A stretch of DNA of 64,000 nt from an uncultured cyanobacterium (GTDB lineage: Bacteria; Cyanobacteriota; Cyanobacteriia; Cyanobacteriales; CAWCAG01), in NCBI GenBank assembly GCA_963793425.1, contig CAWCAG010000001.1, forward strand, positions 57,455 through 121,454. Reading direction: 5' to 3'. The position numbers and the translations under genes are program-made. Below, piece by piece: positions 30,679 to 42,814 of this stretch (within the stretch, counting starts at the first letter, position 1; every line of letters starts with the position of its first letter). A model generated the notes under the pieces. The model did not search any database. It saw nothing but the letters and a program-made list of their open reading frames with translations, and was not told the origin of the DNA.

Positions 30679-33600
30679 ATGACTAATCTAACTGATAATT
30701 TGCTCCCCGACCTAATTGACATTCAGCGCTCCAGCTTTCGCTGGTTTTTAAAAGAAGGATTAATCGAAGAATTAAATAGTTTTTCTCCTATTACCGACTA
30801 TACAGGAAAATTAGAATTGCATTTTATTGGGGCTGAGTACAAACTCAAGCGACCAAAATATGATGTTGATGAAGCGAAGCGCCGGGACAGTACCTATGCA
30901 GTACAAATGTATGTCCCCACCCGCTTAATTAATAAAGAAACTGGAGAAATTAAAGAACAGGAAGTTTTTATCGGTGATTTACCCCTAATGACAGATAGGG
31001 GAACCTTCATCATCAACGGAGCAGAGCGAGTCATCGTCAACCAAATCGTGCGATCGCCTGGGGTTTACTACAAAGGAGAAACAGATAAAAACGGTCGCCG
31101 TACCTATTCTGCTTCTTTAATTCCTAACCGAGGGGCATGGTTAAAATTTGAAACCGATAAAAATGATTTAGTTTGGGTTCGCATCGACAAAACCCGCAAA
31201 CTTTCAGCCCAAGTACTCCTCAAAGCCTTGGGTTTAGCTGATAGCGAAATAATGGACGCATTGCGCCATCCCGACTATTACTACAAAACCTTAGAAAAAG
31301 AAGGTAATCCCACCGAAGAGGATGCCTTAATGGAGTTATATCGTAAACTTCGTCCTGGAGAACCTCCCACAGTCAACGGGGGTAAGGCGTTATTGGAATC
31401 ACGCTTTTTTGATCCCAAACGCTATGATTTAGGGCGAGTAGGGCGATACAAACTCAACAAAAAGCTACGCCTTAATGTACCTGATACCATGCGGGTACTG
31501 ACCTCCACCGATATTCTTTCTGCCATTGATTATCTCATCAACTTAGAATTTGACATTGGTAGCACCGACGACATTGACCACTTAGGCAATCGCCGAGTCC
31601 GTTCTGTAGGAGAATTACTCCAAAACCAAGTTAGGGTAGGACTAAATCGCCTAGAGCGCATCATCCGGGAGCGTATGACAGTATCAGAAGCAGATTCCCT
31701 TACCCCAGCTTCTTTGGTTAACCCCAAACCCTTAGTAGCTGCCATTAAGGAATTTTTTGGTTCCTCTCAACTCTCCCAGTTCATGGATCAAACCAATCCC
31801 CTCGCTGAGTTAACCCATAAGCGTCGTCTTAGTGCCTTAGGCCCAGGAGGCTTAACCAGGGAAAGGGCTGGATTTGCTGTCCGAGATATTCATCCTTCAC
31901 ACTACGGCCGTATTTGTCCTGTAGAAACTCCTGAAGGTCCCAATGCTGGCTTAATTGGTTCTTTAGCTACTTACGCTAGGGTTAACCAATACGGCTTTAT
32001 TGAAACTCCTTACTTCAGAGCCGTTGATGGGCGGGTGCTTAAAGACGAACCAGTAGCCTTTTTAACCGCTGACCAGGAAGACGATCAGAGGGTTGCTCCT
32101 GGAGATGTAGCTACAGACGAGGAAGGTTATATTTTGGGGGAAACCATTCCTGTACGCTATCGTCAAGAATTCTCCACCACCAGCCCAGAGCAAGTGGATT
32201 ACATAGCAGTTTCTCCCATGCAAATTGTCTCTGTAGCTACTAGCTTAATTCCTTTTTTAGAACACGACGATGCCAACCGAGCCTTAATGGGTTCTAATAT
32301 GCAACGCCAAGCTGTTCCTTTACTACGGCCAGAAAGACCTTTAGTCGGAACGGGATTGGAAGCCCAAGCAGCGAGAGACTCTGGAATGGTAGTGGTTTCT
32401 CGCACCCATGGCATTGTCACTCATTTAGATGCTGAACGAGTTAAGGTTAGGGTAACTCAACCAAATGGAGAACCTTTACCTCCTAATGAATCTCCTCAAG
32501 AACTAGAATATATCCTGCAAAAATACCAACGTTCTAACCAAGATACCTGCTTAAATCAGCGTCCTTTAGTTTATGAAGGAGAAGATGTCGTACCAGGACA
32601 GGTACTGGCTGATGGTTCCTCTACTGAAGGAGGGGAACTAGCTTTAGGGCAGAACGTACTAGTAGCCTATATGCCTTGGGAAGGTTACAACTACGAAGAT
32701 GCCATCCTGATTTCTGAACGTCTAGTGTACGACGATGTCTATACCAGCATTCACATCGAAAAGTACGAAATTGAGGCACGGCAGACCAAGCTAGGGCCAG
32801 AAGAAATAACCAGAGAAATTCCCAACGTCGGGGAAGATGGACTGCGCCACTTAGATGAGCGGGGGATCATTCGCATTGGCGCTTGGGTAGAAGCAGGAGA
32901 TATTTTAGTTGGAAAAGTAACTCCGAAAGGAGAATCAGACCAGCCTCCAGAAGAAAAACTCCTCAGAGCAATCTTTGGAGAAAAAGCTAGGGATGTGAGG
33001 GATAATTCCTTAAGAGTACCTAACGGTGAAAAAGGTCGCGTTGTAGACGTGCGGGTCTTTACTAGGGAACAAGGAGACGAACTGCCTCCTGGAGCCAACA
33101 TGGTGGTACGAGTTTATGTAGCCCAGAAACGAAAAATCCAAGTGGGAGACAAAATGGCAGGTCGCCACGGCAACAAAGGAATTATTTCCCGCATCCTTCC
33201 CATCGAAGATATGCCCTATCTCCCTGATGGCAAGCCCTTAGATATTGTTCTTAACCCATTAGGTGTACCTAGCCGTATGAATGTTGGCCAGGTCTTTGAA
33301 TGTCTCCTCGGTTGGGCGGGAGACAATTTAGGAGTCCGCTTTAAAATAACTCCCTTTGATGAGATGTATGGGGAAGAAGCTTCCCGCAATAGCGTCCATG
33401 GCAAACTTGCTGAAGCTACTAAAAGGCCGGGACGGGATTGGGTTTTTGACCCTGAAGAGCCAGGTAAAATCCAAGTTTACGATGGACGTACAGGAGAAGC
33501 ATTTGATCGCCCTGTAACCGTCGGTCGAGCTTATATGTTGAAATTAGTTCACCTCGTAGATGATAAGATCCACGCCCGTTCCACCGGTCCTTATTCCTTA

Positions 33601-34005
33601 GTCACTCAACAACCTTTGGGAGGTAAAGCTCAACAAGGGGGTCAGCGCTTTGGAGAAATGGAAGTATGGGCATTAGAAGCCTATGGAGCCGCATATACCT
33701 TGCAGGAACTATTAACAGTTAAATCTGATGATATGCAAGGTCGTAACGAAGCCCTTAACTCCATCGTTAAAGGTAAACCAATTCCCCGTCCGGGTACCCC
33801 AGAATCTTTCAAAGTCTTGATGCGAGAATTACAATCTTTAGGACTAGATATTGCAGTACATAAAGTAGAAACTGCCGAAGACGGAACCAGCCGCGATGTA
33901 GAAGTCGATCTTATGTCTGACTCAGAACGCCGCCGCGCCCCTAATCGTCCGACCTACGAATCCTTAACCAGGGAAGATATGCAAGAAGAAGGGGTAGATA
34001 GCTAA
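30679..34005 (+). CDS. rpoB: DNA-directed RNA polymerase subunit beta
   Basis: 1108 aa. Canonical beta motifs are present ([41 protein letters not shown]). Confidence 0.98.
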   Translation: MTNLTDNLLPDLIDIQRSSFRWFLKEGLIEELNSFSPITDYTGKLELHFIGAEYKLKRPKYDVDEAKRRDSTYAVQMYVPTRLINKETGEIKEQEVFIGDLPLMTDRGTFIINGAERVIVNQIVRSPGVYYKGETDKNGRRTYSASLIPNRGAWLKFETDKNDLVWVRIDKTRKLSAQVLLKALGLADSEIMDALRHPDYYYKTLEKEGNPTEEDALMELYRKLRPGEPPTVNGGKALLESRFFDPKRYDLGRVGRYKLNKKLRLNVPDTMRVLTSTDILSAIDYLINLEFDIGSTDDIDHLGNRRVRSVGELLQNQVRVGLNRLERIIRERMTVSEADSLTPASLVNPKPLVAAIKEFFGSSQLSQFMDQTNPLAELTHKRRLSALGPGGLTRERAGFAVRDIHPSHYGRICPVETPEGPNAGLIGSLATYARVNQYGFIETPYFRAVDGRVLKDEPVAFLTADQEDDQRVAPGDVATDEEGYILGETIPVRYRQEFSTTSPEQVDYIAVSPMQIVSVATSLIPFLEHDDANRALMGSNMQRQAVPLLRPERPLVGTGLEAQAARDSGMVVVSRTHGIVTHLDAERVKVRVTQPNGEPLPPNESPQELEYILQKYQRSNQDTCLNQRPLVYEGEDVVPGQVLADGSSTEGGELALGQNVLVAYMPWEGYNYEDAILISERLVYDDVYTSIHIEKYEIEARQTKLGPEEITREIPNVGEDGLRHLDERGIIRIGAWVEAGDILVGKVTPKGESDQPPEEKLLRAIFGEKARDVRDNSLRVPNGEKGRVVDVRVFTREQGDELPPGANMVVRVYVAQKRKIQVGDKMAGRHGNKGIISRILPIEDMPYLPDGKPLDIVLNPLGVPSRMNVGQVFECLLGWAGDNLGVRFKITPFDEMYGEEASRNSVHGKLAEATKRPGRDWVFDPEEPGKIQVYDGRTGEAFDRPVTVGRAYMLKLVHLVDDKIHARSTGPYSLVTQQPLGGKAQQGGQRFGEMEVWALEAYGAAYTLQELLTVKSDDMQGRNEALNSIVKGKPIPRPGTPESFKVLMRELQSLGLDIAVHKVETAEDGTSRDVEVDLMSDSERRRAPNRPTYESLTREDMQEEGVDS

Positions 34006-34091
34006 AAGCAAGTTGAAGAGTGGGAGGTTTTGGCGCTTATTAATCTCCCACCCCCAGTTACTAAATAACTAAACCACTAGTCACTAAAAGA

Positions 34092-35969
34092 ATGAGAAAC
34101 CAAGTAGAACAAAAATTCGACTATGTAAAAATTGGTATCGCTTCTCCAGAAAGAATTAGGCAATGGGGAGAGCGAACTTTACCTAATGGTCAAGTAGTGG
34201 GGGAAGTTACCAAACCAGAAACCATTAATTACCGGACATTAAAACCAGAAATGGACGGACTCTTTTGTGAGCGCATTTTTGGCCCAGCTAAAGATTGGGA
34301 ATGTCACTGCGGTAAATATAAACGGGTACGCCACCGAGGTATTGTTTGTGAACGTTGTGGTGTAGAAGTGACTGAAAGCCGGGTACGTCGCCATCGCATG
34401 GGCTACATCAAGCTAGCGGCCCCTGTTACCCACGTTTGGTATCTTAAAGGCATTCCTAGCTACCTAAGTATTCTCCTCGATATGCCCCTGCGAGATGTGG
34501 AGCAGATAGTTTATTTTAATGCTTATGTTGTACTAGATCCTGGTAATGCTAACAATCTTAACCACAAACAACTATTGACCGAAGACCAGTGGTTAGAAAT
34601 AGAAGAACAACTCTATGCTGAAGAAACTGAATTAGAAGGTATTGAAGTTGGCATTGGAGCCGAAGCAATTCAACGACTCTTAGAAGAAGTAAAACTTGAA
34701 GAAGTTGCTGAACAACTTAGAGAAGATATTGCCAACGCCAAAGGACAAAAACGAGCTAAATTAATCAAGCGGTTGCGAGTAATCGATAACTTTGTGGCCA
34801 CAGGCGCTCGTCCGGAATCAATGGTTCTTACCTACATTCCGGTCATTCCTCCCGATTTGCGTCCTATGGTGCAGTTAGATGGGGGCCGCTTTGCTACCTC
34901 TGACCTTAACGATTTGTATCGGCGGGTTATCAACCGGAATAATCGCTTGGCAAGGTTGCAAGAAATTCTTGCTCCGGAAATTATTGTCCGTAACGAAAAG
35001 CGGATGTTACAAGAGGCGGTAGATGCTCTCATTGATAATGGTCGTCGTGGTCGTACTGTAGTGGGAGCCAATAACCGCCCCTTAAAATCTCTCTCAGATA
35101 TCATCGAAGGTAAGCAAGGGCGCTTCCGCCAAAACCTCTTAGGTAAAAGGGTAGATTACTCTGGTCGTTCCGTAATTGTGGTGGGACCAAAGCTAAAAAT
35201 TTACCAATGTGGTTTGCCAAGGGAAATGGCTATCGAGTTATTCCAACCCTTCGTCATCCATCGTTTAATTCGTAGTGGGTTGGTTAACAACATCAAAGCA
35301 GCCAAAAAACTGATCCAAAGGGGTGATCCTAGTGTTTGGGATGTCCTTGAAGAAGTAATTGCTGGACACCCAGTACTCCTTAACCGCGCTCCTACCTTAC
35401 ACCGTCTGGGTATTCAATCCTTTGAACCGATCATCGTTGAAGGTCGAGCAATTCAACTCCATCCTTTAGTTTGTCCAGCTTTCAACGCTGACTTCGATGG
35501 AGACCAAATGGCTGTTCACGTTCCCCTCTCCTTAGAATCTCAAGCTGAGGCCAGACTACTGATGCTGGCTTGTCATAATATTCTCTCTCCTGCTACAGGA
35601 AGGCCCATTGTTGCACCTTCCCAAGATATGGTACTTGGTTGCTACTATCTCACGGCGGACAATCCTCAGTCCCAGAAAGGTGAAGGAAGCTATTATGGCA
35701 GCTTAGAAGATACTTTAAGGGCTTTTGAACAAGGAATTGTCCATATTCATGCCTATGTCTGGGTTCGCTACCAAGGGAAAGTGCAAACTGCTCAACCGGA
35801 CGACGAGGTTGTCTCTTCGGAAAAATTAGCCGATGGTACTGTGATGAAACATTATCGAGAAAGGCGAGTACGAGAAACAGCATCAGGAGAACAGTTATCC
35901 CAATTTATCCGCACAACCCCTGGTCGAATTATTTACAACAAAACAATCCAAGAAGCCTTAGCTGTTTAA
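34092..35969 (+). CDS. rpoC1: DNA-directed RNA polymerase subunit gamma (N-terminal part of the split beta')
   Basis: 625 aa with zinc-binding CHCGKY...CERCGVEV and the catalytic [12 protein letters not shown]. The split is characteristic of cyanobacteria and plastids. Confidence 0.98.
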   Translation: MRNQVEQKFDYVKIGIASPERIRQWGERTLPNGQVVGEVTKPETINYRTLKPEMDGLFCERIFGPAKDWECHCGKYKRVRHRGIVCERCGVEVTESRVRRHRMGYIKLAAPVTHVWYLKGIPSYLSILLDMPLRDVEQIVYFNAYVVLDPGNANNLNHKQLLTEDQWLEIEEQLYAEETELEGIEVGIGAEAIQRLLEEVKLEEVAEQLREDIANAKGQKRAKLIKRLRVIDNFVATGARPESMVLTYIPVIPPDLRPMVQLDGGRFATSDLNDLYRRVINRNNRLARLQEILAPEIIVRNEKRMLQEAVDALIDNGRRGRTVVGANNRPLKSLSDIIEGKQGRFRQNLLGKRVDYSGRSVIVVGPKLKIYQCGLPREMAIELFQPFVIHRLIRSGLVNNIKAAKKLIQRGDPSVWDVLEEVIAGHPVLLNRAPTLHRLGIQSFEPIIVEGRAIQLHPLVCPAFNADFDGDQMAVHVPLSLESQAEARLLMLACHNILSPATGRPIVAPSQDMVLGCYYLTADNPQSQKGEGSYYGSLEDTLRAFEQGIVHIHAYVWVRYQGKVQTAQPDDEVVSSEKLADGTVMKHYRERRVRETASGEQLSQFIRTTPGRIIYNKTIQEALAV

Positions 35970-36039
35970 GTCCTTCAGGTTTCTAGGAAAGAGTTTTAGA
36001 CAAAGCGATCGCCACCTAAATTTTGATAACCGAAAAAAA

Positions 36040-39000
36040 ATGAGTAAAGAACAAGTCTTTTTCAATCGTATTGTTGATAAGAAGCAACTCAAAAACTTAA
36101 TGGCCTGGGCTTATACAAATTATGGTAGTGCTAGCTCAGCTCAAATGGCAGACCTGCTAAAAGAAATGGGTTTTCGCTATGCTACCCGTGCAGGGGTATC
36201 TATTAGTATTGATGATTTGCAAGTACCGCCAGTTAAACGGAAGATGCTTGAAGAAGCTGAGGCGGAAATCAAAGTTACTGAATCTCGCTATTCTAAAGGG
36301 GAAATAACCGAAGTAGAGCGATTCCAAAAAGTAATTGATACTTGGAATAGTACTAGTGAAGCCCTTAAAGATGAAGTGGTAACCAACTTCCGTACCACTG
36401 ATCCTCTTAACTCTGTCTATATGATGGCCTTCTCTGGGGCGCGGGGCAATCTTTCCCAAGTGCGTCAGCTTGTGGGTATGCGAGGATTGATGGCAGATCC
36501 CCAAGGAGAAATCATTGACCTCCCCATTAAAACCAACTTCAGAGAAGGGCTAACGGTAACAGAATATATTATCTCTTCCTACGGCGCTCGCAAAGGTTTA
36601 GTGGATACGGCTCTACGTACTGCGGATTCTGGTTATTTGACCCGACGTTTAGTAGATGTATCTCAAGACGTAATTGTCAGGGAAATTGACTGCGGCACTC
36701 AACGAAGCATTGAAGCCACTAGTATGCGGGATGGTGAGAGGGTTTTGATCCCCCTTGGTCACAGACTCTTAGGTCGAGTTCTGGCTGAGGATGTAGTAGA
36801 CCCTGAAACAGGAGAGGTAATTGCTAAACGGAACAAAATCATCGACCAAGACTTATCAGAGAAAATTGGTGCTGTTACTGACGATGTGATGGTACGTTCT
36901 CCTTTAACCTGCGAAGCAGCTAGGTCTGTTTGCCAAACCTGTTATGGTTGGAGCCTAGCCCACGGCTACCCAGTGAATTTAGGAGAAGCCGTAGGGATTA
37001 TTGCGGCTCAATCCATTGGTGAACCAGGTACTCAGCTAACTATGCGTACCTTCCATACAGGAGGAGTATTCACAGGAGAAGTGGCTCAACAAATTCGCGC
37101 TCCTTTCTCTGGGAAAGTAGAAATTGGTAAAAAACTGCGTACCAGGGTAGTTCGTACTAACCATGGAGATGAGCGAGAGCAAGTAGAAGTGGCCGGAGAT
37201 TTGACAATCAAGCCTAGCTCTGGTGGCAAATCTGCTTCTAAAATATATAACTTAACCCCTGGCTCTAGGATTTGGGTCAAACATGGAGATACTGTTACTG
37301 AAGGGCAAATGCTAGTAGAACTAGCCGCCGGGAAAAAAGCTCGTTCTACCGAAAGAGCCGCTAAGAATGTAGCCTCCGACATGACAGGAGAAGTTCTCTT
37401 TGACAAACTCGCTGTAGAAGAAAAAACTGACCGCCAAGGCAATACAACCCGTAATGTGGTTAGAGGTGGCTTGCTTTGGGTATTGTCTGGAGAAGTATAT
37501 AACTTGCCTACTGGAGCAGAACCTGTAGTTAAAAATGGTGATGAAATCAATCCAGAAACGGTTATTGCTGAAACCAAGCTTTCCAGTGTAGCTGGGGGCA
37601 TAGTACGCCTTTCTAAGGAAGAAGACAATCGTAATATCGAAATTGTCAACTCCTCAGTTCAACTCGACGACGGTATTGTCCGACGAGAAAGTAATGGTGG
37701 TCGAGAGCAATATGTCATTGAAACAGAGGATGGTCAGCGCTATCTCCTCAAAGCTACTCCAGGAGCCAAAATTGCTGATCAGCAAATTATCGGCGAACTC
37801 ATTGACGAACGCTACCATACCAATACCGGAGGTATGGTCAAATACGCAGGTATAGAGGTAGGGAAGAAAAGCAAAGGCAAGCCAGGCTATGAAGTCATTC
37901 AAGGGGGAACTTTAGTTTGGATACCGGAAGAGTGTCACGAAGTTAACAAAGATATCTCCCTATTGCAAGTTGAAGATGGTCAGTATGTAGAAGGAGGAAC
38001 TGAAGTAGTTAAAGATGTCTTTTGTCAAACCTCTGGAGTCGTTGAGGTTGTTCAAAAAAATGATATTCTTCGGGAAATTGTCATTAAACCAGGGGATCTT
38101 CATCTCATTGAAGGGGACATACCCAGCGATGCTGAACCTAGATTAGTTCAAGCGGGAGAAGAGGTTATTCCTGGGGTTGTATCATCGGAATTACGTTATG
38201 CAGACTACCTGGAAACTCCATCAGGAGCAGCCTTACTCTTACGTCCGGTAGTAGAATATACTATCACCAATGAACCGGAAACTCCCAAAACCAGCTCCCT
38301 CAACCAACAAGTTAATCGAGAAATTCAACTAGCTGCTGTACAACGGCTATTCTACAAAGATGGAGAACGGGTCAAGTCTGTAGAAGGTTTAGAGCTAATG
38401 CGGACTCAGCTAGTCTTAGAAATTGGGCATCAGGAAAACGAAGAAAAACTAGACCGCGCCAACCTTGCTGCGGACTTAGAATTAGTCCCTATTAGTGACA
38501 ATGAGGAAGATATAGACCAATACAGCTTACAGCTAGTTTGTATAGAAACTTTGGTTTTGAGGCGTGATCGCTCTAACGAGCCCCATAGTGGTGGTACGAA
38601 AAACCGCCTCCTCGTTAAAGATGGGGATGAAATAACTCCTGGTGCTGTCGTTGCCCGTACAGAAATTCAATGTAAAGAAGCCGGAGAAGTACGAGGTATC
38701 AGAGAAGGGGTAGAAGCTATTCGCCGGGTTTTGGTAGTTCGCGATGGCGATCGCATCACTATTCCTGTAGAAGGGGAAACAAAAGTCAAAAAAGGTGACC
38801 TTCTTGTCGCAGGTAGTGAGCTTGCCAGTGGCATTTACAGTGAAGACTCTGGACAAGTTGTCAAGGTTGAACCATCACAAGTGACTCTTCGTCTGGCCCG
38901 TCCTTATCGGGTTTCTCCAGGTGCAGTACTGCACATTGATGACGGAGATTTAGTCCAGCGTGGTGATCACTTAGTGCTGTTGGTTTTTGAAAGGGCCAAA

Positions 39001-40002
39001 ACTGGAGATATTATCCAAGGTTTACCTCGTATTGAAGAACTGCTTGAAGGACGCAAACCCAAAGAAGGGTGTATTCTTGCTCGTCTACCTGGGGTAGCCC
39101 AAGTGGTTTATGATGAGGACGATGTGGTGGATGTGAAAGTAATTGAAGAAGATGGCACTATTGCTGACTATCCCCTACGCCCTGGTCAAAATGCCCTCGT
39201 CAGTGATGGACAGCAAGTACAAACTGGTACTCCTTTAACAGACGGACCAGCTAATCCCCATGAAATTTTAGAGATTTTCTTTAACTATCATCTTGAAGAA
39301 CATGGGGTTTATGAAGCAGCTTTATTGGGTTTACAACAGGCTCAAGCCTTTTTGGTTAATGAGGTTCAGTCAGTATACCAATCCCAAGGCATTGACATTT
39401 CTGATAAGCACATTGAAGTTATTGTCCGCCAGATGACTTCTAAGGTAAGAGTTGATGATGGAGGTGATACCACCACCCTACCTGGAGAATTGGTGGAACT
39501 GCGCCAAATTGAGCAAGTTAACGAAGCCATGTCCATCACTGGTAGCGCACCAGCCCGCTATACTCCAGTCTTGTTAGGCATCACCAAAGCTTCTTTAAAT
39601 ACCGATAGCTTCATCTCAGCAGCTTCTTTCCAGGAAACCACCAGGGTTCTAACCGAAGCTGCTATTGAAGGCAAATCTGACTGGCTGAGAGGTTTGAAAG
39701 AAAATGTGATTATCGGACGCTTAATCCCTGCTGGTACGGGTTTCAATCAACATAGCGATGACTCCCTTACTCCACCTATGGAAACAGACCAAAGTATTGC
39801 TAGTGCAGCAGCTTATCCCTTTGGTAGCGTAGGAGATGGAGGAGCTAATATAGGCAACCAAGATCCTCTGGATGTGGTTCTTGATGACCGTACAGCCCGT
39901 GCTTACACTCGTTCTGAACGTCCTTTTTCTCAAGAGGGTTTCAATCCTGTAATTGATGATGAGAATATCGGCAGTTCGGGTTGGAATACTCCGTCGGAGT
40001 AA
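36040..40002 (+). CDS. rpoC2: DNA-directed RNA polymerase subunit beta' (C-terminal part, with the large cyanobacterial insertion)
   Basis: 1320 aa. Motifs are MAFSGARGN and [17 protein letters not shown], and the gene order is rpoB-rpoC1-rpoC2. Confidence 0.98.
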   Translation: MSKEQVFFNRIVDKKQLKNLMAWAYTNYGSASSAQMADLLKEMGFRYATRAGVSISIDDLQVPPVKRKMLEEAEAEIKVTESRYSKGEITEVERFQKVIDTWNSTSEALKDEVVTNFRTTDPLNSVYMMAFSGARGNLSQVRQLVGMRGLMADPQGEIIDLPIKTNFREGLTVTEYIISSYGARKGLVDTALRTADSGYLTRRLVDVSQDVIVREIDCGTQRSIEATSMRDGERVLIPLGHRLLGRVLAEDVVDPETGEVIAKRNKIIDQDLSEKIGAVTDDVMVRSPLTCEAARSVCQTCYGWSLAHGYPVNLGEAVGIIAAQSIGEPGTQLTMRTFHTGGVFTGEVAQQIRAPFSGKVEIGKKLRTRVVRTNHGDEREQVEVAGDLTIKPSSGGKSASKIYNLTPGSRIWVKHGDTVTEGQMLVELAAGKKARSTERAAKNVASDMTGEVLFDKLAVEEKTDRQGNTTRNVVRGGLLWVLSGEVYNLPTGAEPVVKNGDEINPETVIAETKLSSVAGGIVRLSKEEDNRNIEIVNSSVQLDDGIVRRESNGGREQYVIETEDGQRYLLKATPGAKIADQQIIGELIDERYHTNTGGMVKYAGIEVGKKSKGKPGYEVIQGGTLVWIPEECHEVNKDISLLQVEDGQYVEGGTEVVKDVFCQTSGVVEVVQKNDILREIVIKPGDLHLIEGDIPSDAEPRLVQAGEEVIPGVVSSELRYADYLETPSGAALLLRPVVEYTITNEPETPKTSSLNQQVNREIQLAAVQRLFYKDGERVKSVEGLELMRTQLVLEIGHQENEEKLDRANLAADLELVPISDNEEDIDQYSLQLVCIETLVLRRDRSNEPHSGGTKNRLLVKDGDEITPGAVVARTEIQCKEAGEVRGIREGVEAIRRVLVVRDGDRITIPVEGETKVKKGDLLVAGSELASGIYSEDSGQVVKVEPSQVTLRLARPYRVSPGAVLHIDDGDLVQRGDHLVLLVFERAKTGDIIQGLPRIEELLEGRKPKEGCILARLPGVAQVVYDEDDVVDVKVIEEDGTIADYPLRPGQNALVSDGQQVQTGTPLTDGPANPHEILEIFFNYHLEEHGVYEAALLGLQQAQAFLVNEVQSVYQSQGIDISDKHIEVIVRQMTSKVRVDDGGDTTTLPGELVELRQIEQVNEAMSITGSAPARYTPVLLGITKASLNTDSFISAASFQETTRVLTEAAIEGKSDWLRGLKENVIIGRLIPAGTGFNQHSDDSLTPPMETDQSIASAAAYPFGSVGDGGANIGNQDPLDVVLDDRTARAYTRSERPFSQEGFNPVIDDENIGSSGWNTPSE

Positions 40003-40011
40003 TAATGTTGT

Positions 40012-40036
40012 AGAGACGTTCTGCTAGAACGTCTCT
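40012..40036 (+). terminator. Perfect 11-bp-arm hairpin (AGAGACGTTCT-GCT-AGAACGTCTCT) 10 nt after the rpoC2 stop
   Basis: The inverted repeat was read directly from the sequence. The same arms recur at 51858-51882. There is no strong U-tract, so terminator function is inferred from position. Confidence 0.5.
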
Positions 40037-40067
40037 GCTTAAAGGAGGGGAGAAACGAAAACATTGT

Positions 40068-40727
40068 ATGACTACAAAGATTGACTTAGTGTTAGGGTTG
40101 GTAATTACGAGTTTATTAACCCTTAACTCTCAAGCCATTGCAACTCCTAAATTAGCTCAAGTAGAAGATGTTGCTTCCCATTTGGTAGGAGTTATGGATA
40201 CTTCCCAGCAGGCTGCGGTTAATCCTAATCGGGTTAACGTTCGTATGACCACTTGTCAAGTGCGCTTAAATGAAGGAAATTCTAGTTTCAATATTTCTAA
40301 TTCAATCTTCCTTTATCAAGAACAAGCATTAGTAGAAAATCTCAATCAGCCTTATCGCCAAAGAATTTTACGCCTTGCTCCTAATCCCTATGGAGAAGGC
40401 GTAGAGTCTAAATCTTTTAAATATCTTCAGCCTGAAGCTTTGGTGGGTTTGTGTCAACAACCTGAAGCAAATAGAGTAGTTTCGGCTCAGGAATTAACGG
40501 ATGTTAATTGTAGCGTTTTCTTAGTTCCCATTGCGACTATTTATCTAGGTAAAACTTCCTCAGAAGGCTGTCCGACTAACTTTCGGGGAGCAACTAAAAT
40601 TACTAATTTAGTTATCCTTAATGCTCAAGGTATGGAAACTTGGGATCAAGGTTTAAATGAGAAAGGAGAGCAAGTTTGGGGGGCAGAAAATGAGCCTTTT
40701 ATTTATACTTGGCAAGAACAGAATTAA
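40068..40727 (+). CDS. CpcT/CpeT (DUF1001) lipocalin-like family protein with an N-terminal signal-like peptide
   Basis: LYQEQALVENLNQPYRQRILRL and WDQGLNEKGEQVWGAENEPF resemble the CpcT segments LYVEQAYDYLLNQPYRTRVLKL and HDRGRDPETDEHVWGSVAGPF as I remember them. The N-terminus is hydrophobic (LVLGLVITSLLTLNSQAIA). Confidence 0.55.
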   Translation: MTTKIDLVLGLVITSLLTLNSQAIATPKLAQVEDVASHLVGVMDTSQQAAVNPNRVNVRMTTCQVRLNEGNSSFNISNSIFLYQEQALVENLNQPYRQRILRLAPNPYGEGVESKSFKYLQPEALVGLCQQPEANRVVSAQELTDVNCSVFLVPIATIYLGKTSSEGCPTNFRGATKITNLVILNAQGMETWDQGLNEKGEQVWGAENEPFIYTWQEQN

Positions 40728-40740
40728 AGGAATATAGGAA

Positions 40741-41841
40741 TTATCCCAAAGGATTTAGGTTGAACCGGGCAATAGTACGCTCATTTTCCTGGCTACTACC
40801 TACTGTAACCCTTAATCCTCCTCCTGTGTGACGAATTAAAGTACCTTTTTGTTTTAAGGTTTGGGTTAGTTGTTGCAGATTGGTTTGGGAGCGTAGGTAA
40901 AGAAAATTAGCTGAACTAGGCCAAACTTCTAAGGCAGGATTTTGGCAGAAAGCCTGATATAGCCTTTGTCTTTCTTGTAAGGTTTTGGGAATGGAGGCGA
41001 GAAGAAGATGGCGAAAATCTAAAGCAATTTGCGCCGCAGCCTGGGAAAAACTCGGTAAATTATAAGGGAGGCGGACTTTTTCTAGAGCAATAATCATTTC
41101 TGGATGGGCAATGCCATAACCAATTCTGTGGGCAGCGAGGCGGAAGGCTTTGGAGAAGGTTCGCAAAATTATCCAATTAGGATGGCTTTTTAATTCTTCT
41201 ACTAAAGAAGTTTGGCTAAATTCAAAATAAGCTTCGTCGATAACTACCAAAATATTTTGGGGCAGGTTGCGTAACCAAGTTATTTCTTCTGGGGTGAGGG
41301 GGTTAGCAGTGGGAGAGTTGGGATGCACCACAAAAACAACCCGAATGGGAGGATTTTTGGTGGCTTTGATCGCTTCTTTAGCTTGGTTGATATTTAGGGC
41401 AAAATCATCTTCCTTTCGCTCTATACTAACAACCGGAATACCCAAAGTTTTAGCTAAGATTCCGTACATAGAGAAAGTCGGGTTAGCAACCAGAATTGCC
41501 CCTTCCCCCCCTAAGCAAGTGGCAATTAGTATTGAACGAATTAATTCATCGGAACCATTACCAACAGAAATATTTTCTGGTGAAATTGCTCTTTCCAAAC
41601 CAGCAGATTCATTAACATAAGCAGCAATCTTTTGTTTTAATATTAGGTGAGAGCCATCAGGATAACGATTCGTTTTGATTGCTTGTTGATAAACTGAAGC
41701 GAGTTTATCTTTCAATTCTAAAGGCAAATCAAAGGGACTTTCGTTAGTATCAAGTTGGTCTATAGGAATATTAACTTTACCGCCAGGATGGGCTTTATAG
41801 GCTTGCAGTTGGTTAAGATCGGGACGAATAAAAGGAAACAT
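40741..41841 (-). CDS. hisC: Histidinol-phosphate aminotransferase
   Basis: 366 aa class-II aminotransferase. The PLP lysine context is [17 protein letters not shown], and the N-terminal segment is [11 protein letters not shown]. Confidence 0.9.
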   Translation of the reverse strand: MFPFIRPDLNQLQAYKAHPGGKVNIPIDQLDTNESPFDLPLELKDKLASVYQQAIKTNRYPDGSHLILKQKIAAYVNESAGLERAISPENISVGNGSDELIRSILIATCLGGEGAILVANPTFSMYGILAKTLGIPVVSIERKEDDFALNINQAKEAIKATKNPPIRVVFVVHPNSPTANPLTPEEITWLRNLPQNILVVIDEAYFEFSQTSLVEELKSHPNWIILRTFSKAFRLAAHRIGYGIAHPEMIIALEKVRLPYNLPSFSQAAAQIALDFRHLLLASIPKTLQERQRLYQAFCQNPALEVWPSSANFLYLRSQTNLQQLTQTLKQKGTLIRHTGGGLRVTVGSSQENERTIARFNLNPLG

Positions 41842-41956
41842 ACAAAATATGCTAACGGCTAATAGCTGATGGGAATTTTTTTTAGCGAGAAATAATTGAA
41901 GAGGGGGTTAGCTTTTGCTAATGATAAGTAGTCAGCTTAGCCTACAACGATGACAA

Positions 41957-42790
41957 TTAGCAATTAGTAACTAGATTAATTATCGTTACTTCCGGAGGAC
42001 AAAACAAGCGTCCTGGGGAGTAGCTGCCTAAGCCGCGATTAACATAGAGTTGATTGTTACCTAATTTATGGAATCCTTGACTCCATTGCCAGTTTTTAAA
42101 AACACGGGAACAGTTTTTAAAATAGGGTATATAATTCCTTATTGGTGATGGTAAGCTTTGTCCCCATTCTGTTATTAAACGAGGAAAAGGGCCAACTCCA
42201 GGAATCACTATTTGCCCTCCGTGGGTATGGCCAGAAAGCTGTAAATCTACACGCCATTTTTGTAAGGCTTGGGCAGAATCTGGATTGTGGGATAAAACTA
42301 GGCGTGGTATCTCTGGGTTTAATTGCTTCATTATAGGTTCTGGCTTGAATTCCTGCGACCAAAAATCAGCTAATCCAACAATCGGTAATTCTTGACCGAA
42401 AGGATAAGCAATTTCATTCCACAAAACTGTAATACCAATGCTGGTTAAACTCTCTTTAATTAACTTTCTAGATAGAGGCCAATAGTTGTCATGGTTGCCT
42501 AAACAAGCGTAGATTCCTAAACGACTTTGTAATTGTTTGAGGTGTAATACTAAATTGTTGATGGGAGTAGGAGAATCGGTAACATAATCCCCGGTGAGCA
42601 AGATAATGTCGGGCTTTTCGGCGTTAGTTATGGCAATGGCTTCTGTTAGCAACTTTTCTGAAAGCCGACAACCATCATAGTGAAAATCAGAGAGTTGAAC
42701 TAATTTTGTCCCTGATAGTCGAGGAGGTAAATCTGCGATCGCAACATTTATTCTTTCTATGCTTAAGGGTTCAGTTATAATTAATTGCAC
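41957..42790 (-). CDS. Calcineurin-like metallophosphoesterase
   Basis: Motifs are LSDFHYD, TGDYV, GNHD and SGHTHGGQ. Confidence 0.85.
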   Translation of the reverse strand: MQLIITEPLSIERINVAIADLPPRLSGTKLVQLSDFHYDGCRLSEKLLTEAIAITNAEKPDIILLTGDYVTDSPTPINNLVLHLKQLQSRLGIYACLGNHDNYWPLSRKLIKESLTSIGITVLWNEIAYPFGQELPIVGLADFWSQEFKPEPIMKQLNPEIPRLVLSHNPDSAQALQKWRVDLQLSGHTHGGQIVIPGVGPFPRLITEWGQSLPSPIRNYIPYFKNCSRVFKNWQWSQGFHKLGNNQLYVNRGLGSYSPGRLFCPPEVTIINLVTNC

Positions 42791-42814
42791 AGGATAATCT
42801 ACCTATTACTTAAA

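Noticed and set aside
31530-39933. Numerous 60-187-aa ORFs antisense to or out of frame with rpoB, rpoC1 and rpoC2 (for example 37086-37649, 187 aa)
   Set aside because: They lie entirely within highly conserved RNA polymerase genes. They are Ser/Pro/Arg-rich as expected for antisense frames, and I recognise no motifs in them.
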